Shown piece by piece: positions 38,451 through 47,523 of a stretch of DNA of 64,000 bases. Every line of letters begins with the position of its first letter. The stretch's first letter is position 1. Made by a program: the position numbers and the translations under genes. The notes beneath the pieces are model-generated. The model was not told the DNA's origin. It saw nothing but the letters and a program-made list of their open reading frames with translations, and did no database searches. Origin of the DNA: Rickettsiales bacterium (GTDB taxonomy: Bacteria; Pseudomonadota; Alphaproteobacteria; Rickettsiales; JALZUV01); assembly GCA_029252805.1 (NCBI GenBank), contig JAQXAR010000027.1:35175-99174 (forward strand), read 5' to 3'.

Positions 38451-39779
38451 ATGACTCTTACTTTGCAAAACACACTCACGCGCACGCGCGAAAAATTCAC
38501 CCCACTCAATAAAGATCGGGTAACGCTCTATGCTTGTGGCCCGACTGTTTATGACCGCCCGCATTTAGGCAATGCGCGCGCAGTTGTGGTTTATGATATT
38601 TTATTCCGCATCCTGCGCCTTATTTATGGTGAGAGTGATGTGGTCTATGCACGCAACATTACCGATGTTGATGATAAGATCATCACGGCGGCGAACGCGC
38701 GTGGCATTAGCATTAACGAGCTGACGACTGAAGTAACTGCTGCCTTCCATCATGATATTGGCGCACTGAATTGCATCGCCCCCACCCATGAGCCACGCGC
38801 GACCGACTATATCGCGCAGATGATTACAATGATCGAGACACTCATCGCAAACGAAGCGGCTTACGTATCAGAAGGTCATGTCTTATTCTCCGTTGAATCG
38901 GGGGCAGATTACGGCAAGCTATCGGGGCGGAAATTAGAAGATCTCGTGGCCGGCGCTCGGGTTGAAGTCGCTTCTTACAAACGTCATCCGGGTGATTTTG
39001 TTCTTTGGAAACCTGCGACAGATGAGGGGAGCAGTTTCGATAGCCCTTGGGGCAAAGGCCGCCCAGGCTGGCATATTGAATGTTCTGCCATGAGCACCGA
39101 TTTGCTGGGTGACGATTTTGATATTCACGGCGGCGGCGCGGATCTAAAATTCCCGCATCACGAGAATGAAATCGCACAAAGCTGCGGCGCGAACCCTGAC
39201 AGCCACTTCGCTAAATATTGGGTGCATAATGGTTTTCTCACCATTAGCGGTGAGAAAATGAGCAAATCGCTCGGCAATTTCACGACCGTGCATGATTTGT
39301 TAGAAAAAGGAATTCACGGCGAAACGATCCGCCTCGCCTTCCTCATGACCAAATATAACGAGCCGCTCGATTGGAATGAGAAGCTCCTATCGGACGCGAA
39401 GAAAACGCTGGATAGCTGGTATCGCAAGTTGCAGGACACTCCGCCAACCGACGTTGTGCCGTCACAAGCATTTGTCGATGCTTTGCGCGATGATATGAAC
39501 CTACCGCTCGCCATTAGCCACATGCATAAAGCGGCCGATGGCTCGCATCTCAAGGCCATGGGCGATATCATTGGTGTGCTACAGCAAGATGCCAATACGT
39601 GGTTTAAAGGTGAAGCATCGGAGGGTGATGCTGAAATTCAAACACTCATCGACGCCCGTATCGCTGCGAAAAAGGCCAAAGATTTTGCCGAAAGTGATCG
39701 CATCCGCACAGAACTAGATAATCGTGGCATTATCCTAGAGGATAAGCGCGATGGTACCACCGACTGGCGACGTAGTTAG
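38451..39779 (+). CDS. cysS: cysteine--tRNA ligase
   Basis: 442 aa with a HIGH-type motif (RPHLGNAR), KMSKSLGN, and WHIECS. Confidence 0.95.
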   Translation: MTLTLQNTLTRTREKFTPLNKDRVTLYACGPTVYDRPHLGNARAVVVYDILFRILRLIYGESDVVYARNITDVDDKIITAANARGISINELTTEVTAAFHHDIGALNCIAPTHEPRATDYIAQMITMIETLIANEAAYVSEGHVLFSVESGADYGKLSGRKLEDLVAGARVEVASYKRHPGDFVLWKPATDEGSSFDSPWGKGRPGWHIECSAMSTDLLGDDFDIHGGGADLKFPHHENEIAQSCGANPDSHFAKYWVHNGFLTISGEKMSKSLGNFTTVHDLLEKGIHGETIRLAFLMTKYNEPLDWNEKLLSDAKKTLDSWYRKLQDTPPTDVVPSQAFVDALRDDMNLPLAISHMHKAADGSHLKAMGDIIGVLQQDANTWFKGEASEGDAEIQTLIDARIAAKKAKDFAESDRIRTELDNRGIILEDKRDGTTDWRRS

Positions 39780-39846
39780 TTTTACGTAGCATCGCCTATG
39801 ATCTTCATATATTGATTAAACACATCACTAATTGGAAAAGAATACC

Positions 39847-40314
39847 ATGGAAAAAATGACTCCCGACACAATAAGCGCTGAAACTCTACCTTCGCAAGAT
39901 TATAAATACGGAGGTTTTTGGATTCGCTTTCTCGCACAGATCATTGATGGAATATTGATGCTCGTTATTATTATGCCAATTCTTTACATGGTATATGGCA
40001 GCGCCTATTTCACTGATGCGGAAACAATGTCGCATGGTGTCATTGATGTGATTTTATCTTATGTCTTCCCTATCGCAGCCACGATATTATTTTGGCTCTA
40101 CCGCGCAGGAACCCCAGGAAAAATCCTACTAAAACTCATGATTGTGAATGCGAAAACGGGTGAGAGTATTTCTACGGGACAAGCAATCGGCCGGTATTTC
40201 GCCTATATTCTGTCAGCAATCCCCCTTGGTCTCGGCTATATCTGGGCTGGATTTGATAAGCGTAAACAAAGCTGGCATGATAAACTGGCTGGAACAATCG
40301 TAGTTTATAAGTAA
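39847..40314 (+). CDS. RDD family membrane protein
   Basis: YGGFWIRFLAQIIDG ... WHDKLAGTIVV, the RDD-domain pattern. I prefer ATG 39847 over the TTG at 39832. Confidence 0.75.
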   Translation: MEKMTPDTISAETLPSQDYKYGGFWIRFLAQIIDGILMLVIIMPILYMVYGSAYFTDAETMSHGVIDVILSYVFPIAATILFWLYRAGTPGKILLKLMIVNAKTGESISTGQAIGRYFAYILSAIPLGLGYIWAGFDKRKQSWHDKLAGTIVVYK

Positions 40315-40326
40315 ATTCATTCCTAT

Positions 40327-41925
40327 ATGAGCAAAAAAGAACGAGTCTATTTATACGATTCCACGCTGCGCGATGGCGCGCAAGCACGTGGAGTGGATTT
40401 CTCTGTTTCCGACAAACTGGCCATCGCACGTGAAATGGATAGCTTTGGCATCGACTATATTGAAGGCGGCTGGCCGGGTGCAAATCCGAATGATGATACG
40501 TTCTTTGAAAAACCACCCAAGCTAAAGCACTCCACCCTCACCGCCTTTGGTATGACACGTAAAAAGGGATGCTCTGCATCGAATGACCCTGGACTATCTG
40601 CTGTACTTAACGGGCATAAAGGCAGTGTTTGCTTAGTCGGAAAAAGCTGGGATTTTCAAGTTGAAAAAGCGCTGCAAGTCTCCCTCAAAGAAAACTTGAG
40701 CATGATTGCTGATAGCCTATCTCACGCAAAATCACAAAAGCGTGAAGTGATGTTTGATGCGGAACATTTTTTCGATGGCTATAAAAATAACCCTGACTAC
40801 GCGATCAAGGCACTCACCACAGCGCATGAGGCAGGAGCCGATTGGCTTGTACTGTGCGATACGAATGGTGGCACCCTGCCCCATGAAATCGGCCCAATTA
40901 TCCGCGCGATCAAGGGAGCGCTGCCCCATGCAAAACTCGGCATTCACTGCCATAATGATACGGAAAATGCGGTCGCAAATTCGCTTGCTGCAGTTGAAGC
41001 GGGCGTTCGTCAAATTCAAGGGACGCTTAATGGCGTAGGCGAACGATGCGGCAACGCAAACCTGATCAGTATCATCCCGTCGCTCATGTTGAAGATGGGA
41101 TATAGCACGGGTGTCAAGCCTGCCAACTTGAAGAAGCTGACCAGACTCTCGCGCTTTTTAGATGAACGTTTAAACCGCCCTAGCAACCCACATGCCGCTT
41201 ATGTGGGCGAAGCAGCCTTCGCACATAAAGGCGGACTACATGTTTCGGCCATGGCACGTGATAGCCGTACGTATGAACATATTGCGCCGGATGAAGTAGG
41301 CAATGAACGCATCATTCTCGTTTCGGACAAAGCCGGACGCAGCAATGTGGTGAGTCGCCTAAATCAAATGGGGCTCAAAAAAGAAGCAGAACATAAAGAC
41401 CTCGCCAAGCTGCTTGTCGAAATTAAAAACCGTGAGATGCAAGGCTATGCGTATGACGCAGCCGATGCTTCATTCAACTTGCTCGCCCGTCGTATGCTTG
41501 GCACTGTACCGGAATATTTTCAAGTTGAAGGTTTTCGCGCCAGCGATGAACGCCGCCATAACATAAAAGGCGAATTGGTGAATGAGTCTGAAGCGACCAT
41601 GAAACTTGGTATCAGAAGTGAACATATTATGACTGCCGCCGAAGGGAACGGCCCAGTCAATGCACTCGATAGCGCACTACGCAAAGCACTCGGCGAGCAT
41701 TATCCGAAAGCCAAAGATGTTACGCTAACAGACTATAAAGTGCGTATCCTCACCCCACAAGATGCGACCAAAGCAGTGACGCGTGTGATGATTGAAAGTC
41801 GTGATAATAAGGGAAATATTTGGAGTACAATTGGCGTATCCGCCAACGTGATCGATGCTTCATTCATGGCACTGTATGATTCGATCATCTACCACCTGAT
41901 TAAAGAAAAAGTGAAGCCGCTTTAA
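40327..41925 (+). CDS. cimA: citramalate synthase (LeuA-related)
   Basis: 532 aa with LYDSTLRDGAQARGVDFS, HCHNDTENAVANSLAAV and a C-terminal LeuA-dimer-like region. The length and N-terminus fit the CimA subfamily. Confidence 0.8.
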   Translation: MSKKERVYLYDSTLRDGAQARGVDFSVSDKLAIAREMDSFGIDYIEGGWPGANPNDDTFFEKPPKLKHSTLTAFGMTRKKGCSASNDPGLSAVLNGHKGSVCLVGKSWDFQVEKALQVSLKENLSMIADSLSHAKSQKREVMFDAEHFFDGYKNNPDYAIKALTTAHEAGADWLVLCDTNGGTLPHEIGPIIRAIKGALPHAKLGIHCHNDTENAVANSLAAVEAGVRQIQGTLNGVGERCGNANLISIIPSLMLKMGYSTGVKPANLKKLTRLSRFLDERLNRPSNPHAAYVGEAAFAHKGGLHVSAMARDSRTYEHIAPDEVGNERIILVSDKAGRSNVVSRLNQMGLKKEAEHKDLAKLLVEIKNREMQGYAYDAADASFNLLARRMLGTVPEYFQVEGFRASDERRHNIKGELVNESEATMKLGIRSEHIMTAAEGNGPVNALDSALRKALGEHYPKAKDVTLTDYKVRILTPQDATKAVTRVMIESRDNKGNIWSTIGVSANVIDASFMALYDSIIYHLIKEKVKPL

Positions 41926-42317
41926 GAGCGTTCGTTTTCTGTAGTTTGAGATTTGGCTAAATCGCCTGCTTGAACGCGCTCGGCCCAAATTTTATCAACT
42001 TCTGCGTTATGTTCTTTAGCTTCCCTACGGTATTTTCCAGCAAAAGTGACTGCCATCCAACCTCCGATACCCACGGTAACTATTTGATTAACAAGGCTGT
42101 CACGCTTCGATGGAGTGATAGGTAATTTTTTACCTTTATCATCTTTACCCGGGAAAGTTTTTGCTAAGTCGTCAAAGACCAGGTCAACTCCAGTATTAAT
42201 ACCTAAGCCAACCATCGCTCCTATAAACACACCATTCACAGTGGCCCAAGCAATGCTTTTCTTTTTAGGAATATCTGTTTGTCCCTCTACCATAATCACA
42301 ATATACACTAACTTCAC
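41922..42317 (-). CDS. hypothetical small membrane protein with Gly-zipper-like helices
   Basis: 131 aa with TM segments WATVNGVFIGAMVGLGINTG and VTVGIGGWMAVTFAG. I recognise no family. It overlaps the cimA stop by 4 nt. Confidence 0.45.
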   Translation of the reverse strand: MKLVYIVIMVEGQTDIPKKKSIAWATVNGVFIGAMVGLGINTGVDLVFDDLAKTFPGKDDKGKKLPITPSKRDSLVNQIVTVGIGGWMAVTFAGKYRREAKEHNAEVDKIWAERVQAGDLAKSQTTENERS

Positions 42318-42338
42318 TCAACAGAATGTTACAATCTA

Positions 42339-43040
42339 ATGAACAATAACGATTTAACCCTTATCCTTGTCGCGCCGCAAATGGGCGAAAACATTGGTGC
42401 GGTCGCACGTGCGATGGGCAATTTTGGCGCCTCCCAACTGCGCATTGTTAATCCACGTGATGGCTGGCCAAATGCTGCAGCGCAAACGATGGCAGCCCAC
42501 GCATTACCGATTATTCAACAGGCAGAAGTGTTTGATTCCGTCGCAGCAGCGATTGCCGATTGCACGCAGGTCGCCGCAGCTACAGCGCGGCAGCGCGATA
42601 TGCAGAAGCCGCATTATACGCCTAAAGAATGGGTAGCACAGCCACGAACCGGCAAAACCGCCCTGCTCTTTGGGCGTGAAAATAATGGGTTAAGTAATGA
42701 TGAAGTGACGCTCGCCAATGCGATTGTGAGTGTGCCAGTGCATCCGGATTGTCCGTCTATCAATCTTGCGCAATCGGCTGCGGTACTATGTTATGAATGG
42801 TATCAAACGGAGCATCAATCGCTTGAACATGATGTGGAACCTCCTGCCTCACAGCAAGAGCTACATAATTTCTTCAACCAGTTAGAGCTAAAGCTGGATG
42901 CATCGAACTTTTGGAAACTAGAGGCGAAGAAAGACAAGATGTGGCGCAACTTACGCAATCTCTTCATTCGCGCAGAGCCGACTCAGCAAGAGATTCAGAG
43001 CTTACACGGCGTGGTTAAATCTATTTCAAAAGAAACATAA
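42339..43040 (+). CDS. SpoU/TrmH-family RNA 2'-O-methyltransferase (TrmJ-like)
   Basis: 233 aa with LVAPQMGENIGAVARAMGNFG, LLFGRENNGLSNDE and INLAQSAAVLCYE. Confidence 0.8.
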   Translation: MNNNDLTLILVAPQMGENIGAVARAMGNFGASQLRIVNPRDGWPNAAAQTMAAHALPIIQQAEVFDSVAAAIADCTQVAAATARQRDMQKPHYTPKEWVAQPRTGKTALLFGRENNGLSNDEVTLANAIVSVPVHPDCPSINLAQSAAVLCYEWYQTEHQSLEHDVEPPASQQELHNFFNQLELKLDASNFWKLEAKKDKMWRNLRNLFIRAEPTQQEIQSLHGVVKSISKET

Positions 43041-43209
43041 GGCCGAGCAAAACGATCGCGGCGCCTTGCATGTAAACCCGCAGTGACATGAGCTTATTGG
43101 CATATTTTTTATTGAATTCGCCGCCTGTCGCCATACCGAACAAACCAAGACCGAGCGCCAAAACAGTCAGCACCATAAAGACGAACATCAGAATGATTAA
43201 AGGCGACAT
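43021..43209 (-). CDS. twin-transmembrane-helix small protein (HIG1-domain-like)
   Basis: 62 aa with two TM helices separated by GGEFNKKYANKLMSLRV, the HIG1-type pattern common in alphaproteobacteria. Confidence 0.7.
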   Translation of the reverse strand: MSPLIILMFVFMVLTVLALGLGLFGMATGGEFNKKYANKLMSLRVYMQGAAIVLLGLMFLLK

Positions 43210-43210
43210 T

Positions 43211-43387
43211 CTAGCTCTCTTTCACGAATCGTTTTTCGCAGTAAGGGCAAACGACATCGTTGGTTTTATGATCAATATGCAAGTAAACTTGAGGATGCCC
43301 AATTGCAGGATTTCCACCATCGCAAGTGACGGTATCCGTCGTAACAATCAGAATATCTTCAGGGCGTTTTATAGCAATTTTACTCAT
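43211..43387 (-). CDS. zinc-finger (zf-CHCC, NDUFS6 C-terminal-like) small protein
   Basis: Manual translation gives MSKIAIKRPEDILIVTTDTVTCDGGNPAIGHPQVYLHIDHKTNDVVCPYCEKRFVKES (58 aa), below the ORF-track cutoff. The C..H..CPYC pattern is present. It ends 1 nt before the HIG1-like gene start. Confidence 0.7.
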   Translation of the reverse strand: MSKIAIKRPEDILIVTTDTVTCDGGNPAIGHPQVYLHIDHKTNDVVCPYCEKRFVKES

Positions 43388-43422
43388 ATTTTATTCTTAC
43401 GCGTTTCGTGCGTTAAACTCAA

Positions 43423-44307
43423 TTAGAAAACGAATTGGTTCGCCTTTTGCGGCTCGTAACTACGGCTCGCAGCAATCGGTCGGTAAGATGCAGCCTGCTG
43501 TGGTGGACGCGTCACTAGCACGCCATTCTCACGAGATTTGGCAAATTCGCTCTTTTCGGCGACACGCCTCGGCTTAGAAACGACAGCATCAGCTACTTTA
43601 ATCGTTTTCATTTTAACCGCGGCTTGCTTCTTCTTATTCGCATTCACCGCAAAGCCTTTATATTTGCTTTTAGCTGTCGTTTTACGAATCTTTGGACGCT
43701 CTGACCATACAGCTTCCGAATCCGCCGCCGCGCCGAGCTTTGAAATAAGTTTATCCCATTTTTTATAGATCAATTTAAAATATTTATCTCCGCGCGAAGG
43801 GGTCTTGGAATGATAAGCCGCCGTGGCTTTTTTCCATGAGTGCAAGCCGTCAAAATTCTCACGGAGGAAACGCGCGGCATAGGCCACATTGTAACGTGGC
43901 TCTAGCGCCTGATGGATATTGGCAAATGCATGCCCATGATAACGCATATTCACCTGCATGCAGCCAACATCGATATTCGTAACACCTTTGGCGCGATATT
44001 CCTCAATCTTATTGATCGCCTCGCCCTTGGTATCGAAATAATAGCCCTTACCATTGACATTGATAGTCCACGGCCAGGGTAACATAAGGTCTAAGCGCTT
44101 GTGATAACGACCGGATTCCTGCCCTGCAATCGCCGCCAACCAATGGGTTGGAATATTGTGATAACGCTCAGCTTTGGGGAAATGCTTGGTGCACGCTTGC
44201 GCACCGGCCAACATGCGATCCGCCTGCGCCGCAAAGGCTACAAACAGCACCGCAAACGCAGCCATCGTCAAAATTTTACCCCGTTTAAGCATAGAGTGCC
44301 TTTTCAT
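43423..44307 (-). CDS. lytic transglycosylase (SLT domain) with signal peptide
   Basis: 294 aa. It has signal peptide MAAFAVLFVAFAAQA, catalytic context AIAGQESGRY, and later DVGCMQVN...AYHS. Confidence 0.75.
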   Translation of the reverse strand: MKRHSMLKRGKILTMAAFAVLFVAFAAQADRMLAGAQACTKHFPKAERYHNIPTHWLAAIAGQESGRYHKRLDLMLPWPWTINVNGKGYYFDTKGEAINKIEEYRAKGVTNIDVGCMQVNMRYHGHAFANIHQALEPRYNVAYAARFLRENFDGLHSWKKATAAYHSKTPSRGDKYFKLIYKKWDKLISKLGAAADSEAVWSERPKIRKTTAKSKYKGFAVNANKKKQAAVKMKTIKVADAVVSKPRRVAEKSEFAKSRENGVLVTRPPQQAASYRPIAASRSYEPQKANQFVF

Positions 44308-44501
44308 CGGAGGGGTTTTCCCCTCTCTCTTTATTACTCGTATACTGTTACTATAGCCTTAACAACGCAACCATCTTTTTTGAACATTTTGCACAAAATG
44401 GGCTCTTTTCCTCAGCCTTAACGATTTTTTAGTAACTCTTTGTTAAGGTTATCCTAGTCACATGATTTCATCATATGACGTTCAAACGCCACATAGGCTT
44501 A

Positions 44502-44539
44502 CGCCAGAAAACTGGCGGGCTGCCCTTGTCAGCCCCTCC
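44502..44539 (+). repeat. two-hairpin element, copy A (upstream of usg)
   Basis: CGCCAG-AAAA-CTGGCG (44502..44517) abuts GGCTG-CCCTTGT-CAGCC (44518..44534). The core GGCGGGCTGCCCTTGTCAGCCCCTCC ends 38 nt before the usg ATG. Confidence 0.6.
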
Positions 44540-44576
44540 GGTCAGTCTGTCGGTTAACAGGAGAGGAGTGCCACAA

Positions 44577-44840
44577 ATGACTGAAATGGAGAAACTGCTT
44601 ACAGAGTATCGCTTAACCACCGCCGAAATACTCTATCACTTACCTGATCACCCCAGTTTACTGCAAAGCTACGTCTGGCAAGAATATGACTTGTTGCCAG
44701 AATTCCCTGAGCTCAAGAAATTCTTGGATTTTTGGGAACGCGAATTAGATGGAAAACTACATTCCGTGACGGTTGCCGCCAGCGAGTTGATCCAACCATC
44801 AAATGTAATCATATCGCAAGGAAATCTCACGATTCACTAG
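44577..44840 (+). CDS. usg: Usg family protein
   Basis: 87 aa from MTEMEKLLTEYRLTTAEILYHLPDHPSLLQSYVWQEYDLLPEFPELKKFLDFW, with SD AGGAGAGGA 8 nt upstream. The track ORF start at 44475 is an unsupported extension. Confidence 0.8.
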   Translation: MTEMEKLLTEYRLTTAEILYHLPDHPSLLQSYVWQEYDLLPEFPELKKFLDFWERELDGKLHSVTVAASELIQPSNVIISQGNLTIH

Positions 44841-44901
44841 CCCTTAATATGCCTCATACGCTTCATTTAAAAGAAGCAGCGCTCACACGCTGCCCATGCT
44901 T

Positions 44902-44938
44902 CGCCGTTAACGGCGGGCTGGCTTTGTCAGCTCTATCC
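44902..44938 (+). repeat. two-hairpin element, copy B (upstream of glycosyltransferase)
   Basis: CGCCG-TTAA-CGGCG (44902..44915) abuts GGCTG-GCTTTGT-CAGCT (44916..44932). The core GGCGGGCTGGCTTTGTCAGCTCTATCC ends 35 nt before ATG 44973. Confidence 0.6.
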
Positions 44939-44972
44939 TTGAGTTCAGTTATAAAAGCAGCTACACAAGCGC

Positions 44973-46013
44973 ATGCGAATTGCGAATCTAATGTTTGGCC
45001 GAGGGCTTGGTGGAATTGAACAGGCTTTCCTCGATTATAATGAGGCACTCCTAATGGCTGGCCATGAAGTACTGGCTATTACCCACCCTTTAGCCAAAAT
45101 TAATACCGATATTGAAGGCGAGCTCACTTGCAGCACGCTCAATAATTTAGGCAGTTGGGACCCTACAGCAGGTTTCAGACTTAGCCGAATGCTCAAGGCG
45201 TTCAAACCGGATGCCACTATCTCTCATGGCAATCGCGCACTCACTCTTACCCATAAAGCCAAGAGACATGCAGGTTTACATGTAGGGGTAACGCATAATT
45301 ACAAGCTTAAGCATTTTAAAAAACTTGATGTTATTTTTGCCATTACCAAAGATTTACAGCGAACCGCTGTCAATGCAGGTTCTAACCTCACGCATATCGC
45401 CCGTATTCCCAATATGGTCCGTATGCCACACTATCCGGTTGCTCGAATCGCTAAGCCCAATACCCAGCCTGTCGTAATCGGCGCAATGGGGCGTATGGTT
45501 GAGAAGAAGGGTTTTGCACATCTCATCGGAGCAGCCGCCAAACTCAAAGTGATGACTCGCCTGCCTTTTAAAATCATGATCGGTGGTGAAGGCGAAGAAC
45601 TGGGCGCATTAAAGAAACTCATCAAAAAACATAAGCTGCAAGACATTGTCGAACTACGCGGCTGGGTTGACGATAAGGCCGCTTTCTTCGCCGAATGTGA
45701 TATCTTTTGCCTGCCTTCTCTGCACGAACCTTTCGGTATTGTGCTGCTCGAAGCAATGGCGCATGGCACGCCTATCGTCGCTTATAAAAGCGAAGGCCCG
45801 AGCGAAATTTTCATGGAACACCCGGATGCTGGGCTTTTAGTACCCCTCGGAAATATCGGCGCATTGGCCGACACACTCTCACGCCTGCTGCCCAATCAGG
45901 CACAACGAGATTTCCTCACTCAGCAGTCACGTGCAGCAGTTGAGCAGGAATTCGCTCTTGCGATGGTGAGCAAGAAGATTGATACAGCCCTAAAGCGCTT
46001 CATCCATACTTGA
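44973..46013 (+). CDS. glycosyltransferase family 4
   Basis: 346 aa with an N-terminal GRGLGGIEQ and the C-terminal EPFGIVLLEAMAHGTPIVA (EX7E). Confidence 0.8.
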   Translation: MRIANLMFGRGLGGIEQAFLDYNEALLMAGHEVLAITHPLAKINTDIEGELTCSTLNNLGSWDPTAGFRLSRMLKAFKPDATISHGNRALTLTHKAKRHAGLHVGVTHNYKLKHFKKLDVIFAITKDLQRTAVNAGSNLTHIARIPNMVRMPHYPVARIAKPNTQPVVIGAMGRMVEKKGFAHLIGAAAKLKVMTRLPFKIMIGGEGEELGALKKLIKKHKLQDIVELRGWVDDKAAFFAECDIFCLPSLHEPFGIVLLEAMAHGTPIVAYKSEGPSEIFMEHPDAGLLVPLGNIGALADTLSRLLPNQAQRDFLTQQSRAAVEQEFALAMVSKKIDTALKRFIHT

Positions 46014-46043
46014 AATCCAATCCTTTAGCCCTATCTCCCAGCC

Positions 46044-46850
46044 ATGATATTACTTGAAAACCGTGCGATACTCGCCATTGAAGGCGAAGATGCTTTCTCT
46101 TTCCTGCAAGGGTTGATGACAAATGATGTTAAGCCCCTCGAACAGGGAGATGCGCAATCTATCTATAGTGCGATGCTAACCCCGCAAGGCAAGATCCGTT
46201 TTGACTTTTTCCTCTTCAAACAAGACGGGCATTTGCTCATGGATGTTGCGGCAGCATCGTTAGAAGATATCAAGAAGGCGCTCAAACTTTACAAACTACG
46301 CGCCAAAGTCGCGATTAACGAACACCCAGACCTTTGCGTCGTCGCCAGCCTGAGCACACATGAGAATTACCCGCAAGACCCACGCCTGCCTGCTATGGAA
46401 CATCGCGGCATTGCATCACGCGCCTCACTCATCGGCGAAGCTTTCTTGCCAATGAGTGCCTACGACGCCCATCGTATCGCCTGTGGTGTGCCAGATAGTT
46501 CAGACTTTATTGAAGATCGCGCGTTTGTCTCCGAATATGGGTTGGAATATTTAAACGGCGTTAGCTTCACCAAAGGATGTTATGTCGGGCAAGAAGTTGT
46601 CGCGCGCACCAAACATCGTGGCACCGTGCATAAAACCATTCATTATGTTGAGGCCGCCTCTGGCGAGCATCTGCCCGAAGCAGGCACTCCGATTATCGCC
46701 GATGACCGAGAAATCGGACAATTGCGCAGCTCCGCCCAACATCAAGGGCTTGCCATCATCCGCCGTGATAAACTGGCCGCTGTAGAAGGCAAGGTTACTG
46801 TCGGCGGTATTGAACTAAATCGTACAACTCAACCAGAATGGTTTGCGTAA
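46044..46850 (+). CDS. ygfZ: folate-binding Fe-S cluster repair/tRNA-modification protein YgfZ (CAF17 family)
   Basis: 268 aa with a GcvT-like fold and signature FTKGCYVGQEVVAR. Confidence 0.8.
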   Translation: MILLENRAILAIEGEDAFSFLQGLMTNDVKPLEQGDAQSIYSAMLTPQGKIRFDFFLFKQDGHLLMDVAAASLEDIKKALKLYKLRAKVAINEHPDLCVVASLSTHENYPQDPRLPAMEHRGIASRASLIGEAFLPMSAYDAHRIACGVPDSSDFIEDRAFVSEYGLEYLNGVSFTKGCYVGQEVVARTKHRGTVHKTIHYVEAASGEHLPEAGTPIIADDREIGQLRSSAQHQGLAIIRRDKLAAVEGKVTVGGIELNRTTQPEWFA

Positions 46851-47453
46851 ATGAGCCGTTTACGTCAAACTGATTTTATCATGAATGCTAGTAATAATGG
46901 ATATCTTGAAGGACAATTGCTTGTTGCCACTCCCAATGTGATGGGCAGCAGTTTCAAGCAATCGGTTATCCTCATCTGCGCACATAGCGATGAGGGAGCG
47001 ATGGGTATTATCATCAATCACACCCTGCCCAAGGTTGATTACGGCGAGCTGTTTGATCAATTTGACCTACCTACAGGCAGAATCAATAGCTCTACTCCTG
47101 TTAATTATGGCGGCCCGGTGGAGGTCAATCGCGGCTTCGTTATTTACCGTCACGAAGATAAATTCCTGCAAGATGCGATGCTGCAAATGGGCGATATGGC
47201 CATCTCAGGCTCAATCGACCTGCTACGCCAGATTGCCAATAATGAAGGCCCTAAAGAACGCATCCTTGCGCTTGGGTATGCTGGCTGGTCGCCGGGACAG
47301 TTAGAGGAAGAAATCGAAGAGAATAGCTGGATCTCCGTTCCCGTAGATAGTGATCTTGTGTTCGATAAAAACAACGATAGGAAATGGCACCGCGCCGCTT
47401 TTGCCCATGGTATTGATCTCAACAAGCTCTCCACCGTAGCCGGACACGCCTAA
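46851..47453 (+). CDS. YqgE/AlgH family protein (UPF0301)
   Basis: LLVATPNV...SVILICAHSDEGAMGIIINH...GGPV...GYAGWSPGQLEEEI. An alternative start lies at 46881. Confidence 0.8.
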   Translation: MSRLRQTDFIMNASNNGYLEGQLLVATPNVMGSSFKQSVILICAHSDEGAMGIIINHTLPKVDYGELFDQFDLPTGRINSSTPVNYGGPVEVNRGFVIYRHEDKFLQDAMLQMGDMAISGSIDLLRQIANNEGPKERILALGYAGWSPGQLEEEIEENSWISVPVDSDLVFDKNNDRKWHRAAFAHGIDLNKLSTVAGHA

Positions 47454-47523
47454 TTACACTCAAAACTTGTAATTATAAATTAAATAACTTGAGCTTAATG
47501 TGATTAAGCCGCATAAAACAGCT

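Noticed and set aside
44511-44530. Sigma-54 promoter reading of the repeat core (TGGC...TTG)
   Set aside because: The GG and GC/TG dinucleotides are not 12 nt apart in either copy, so the -24/-12 geometry fails.
44475-44576. N-terminal 34-aa extension of the usg ORF in the track
   Set aside because: The extension runs through the two-hairpin element and has no SD. A strong AGGAGAGGA SD precedes the internal Met at 44577, which gives a typical ~87-aa Usg protein.
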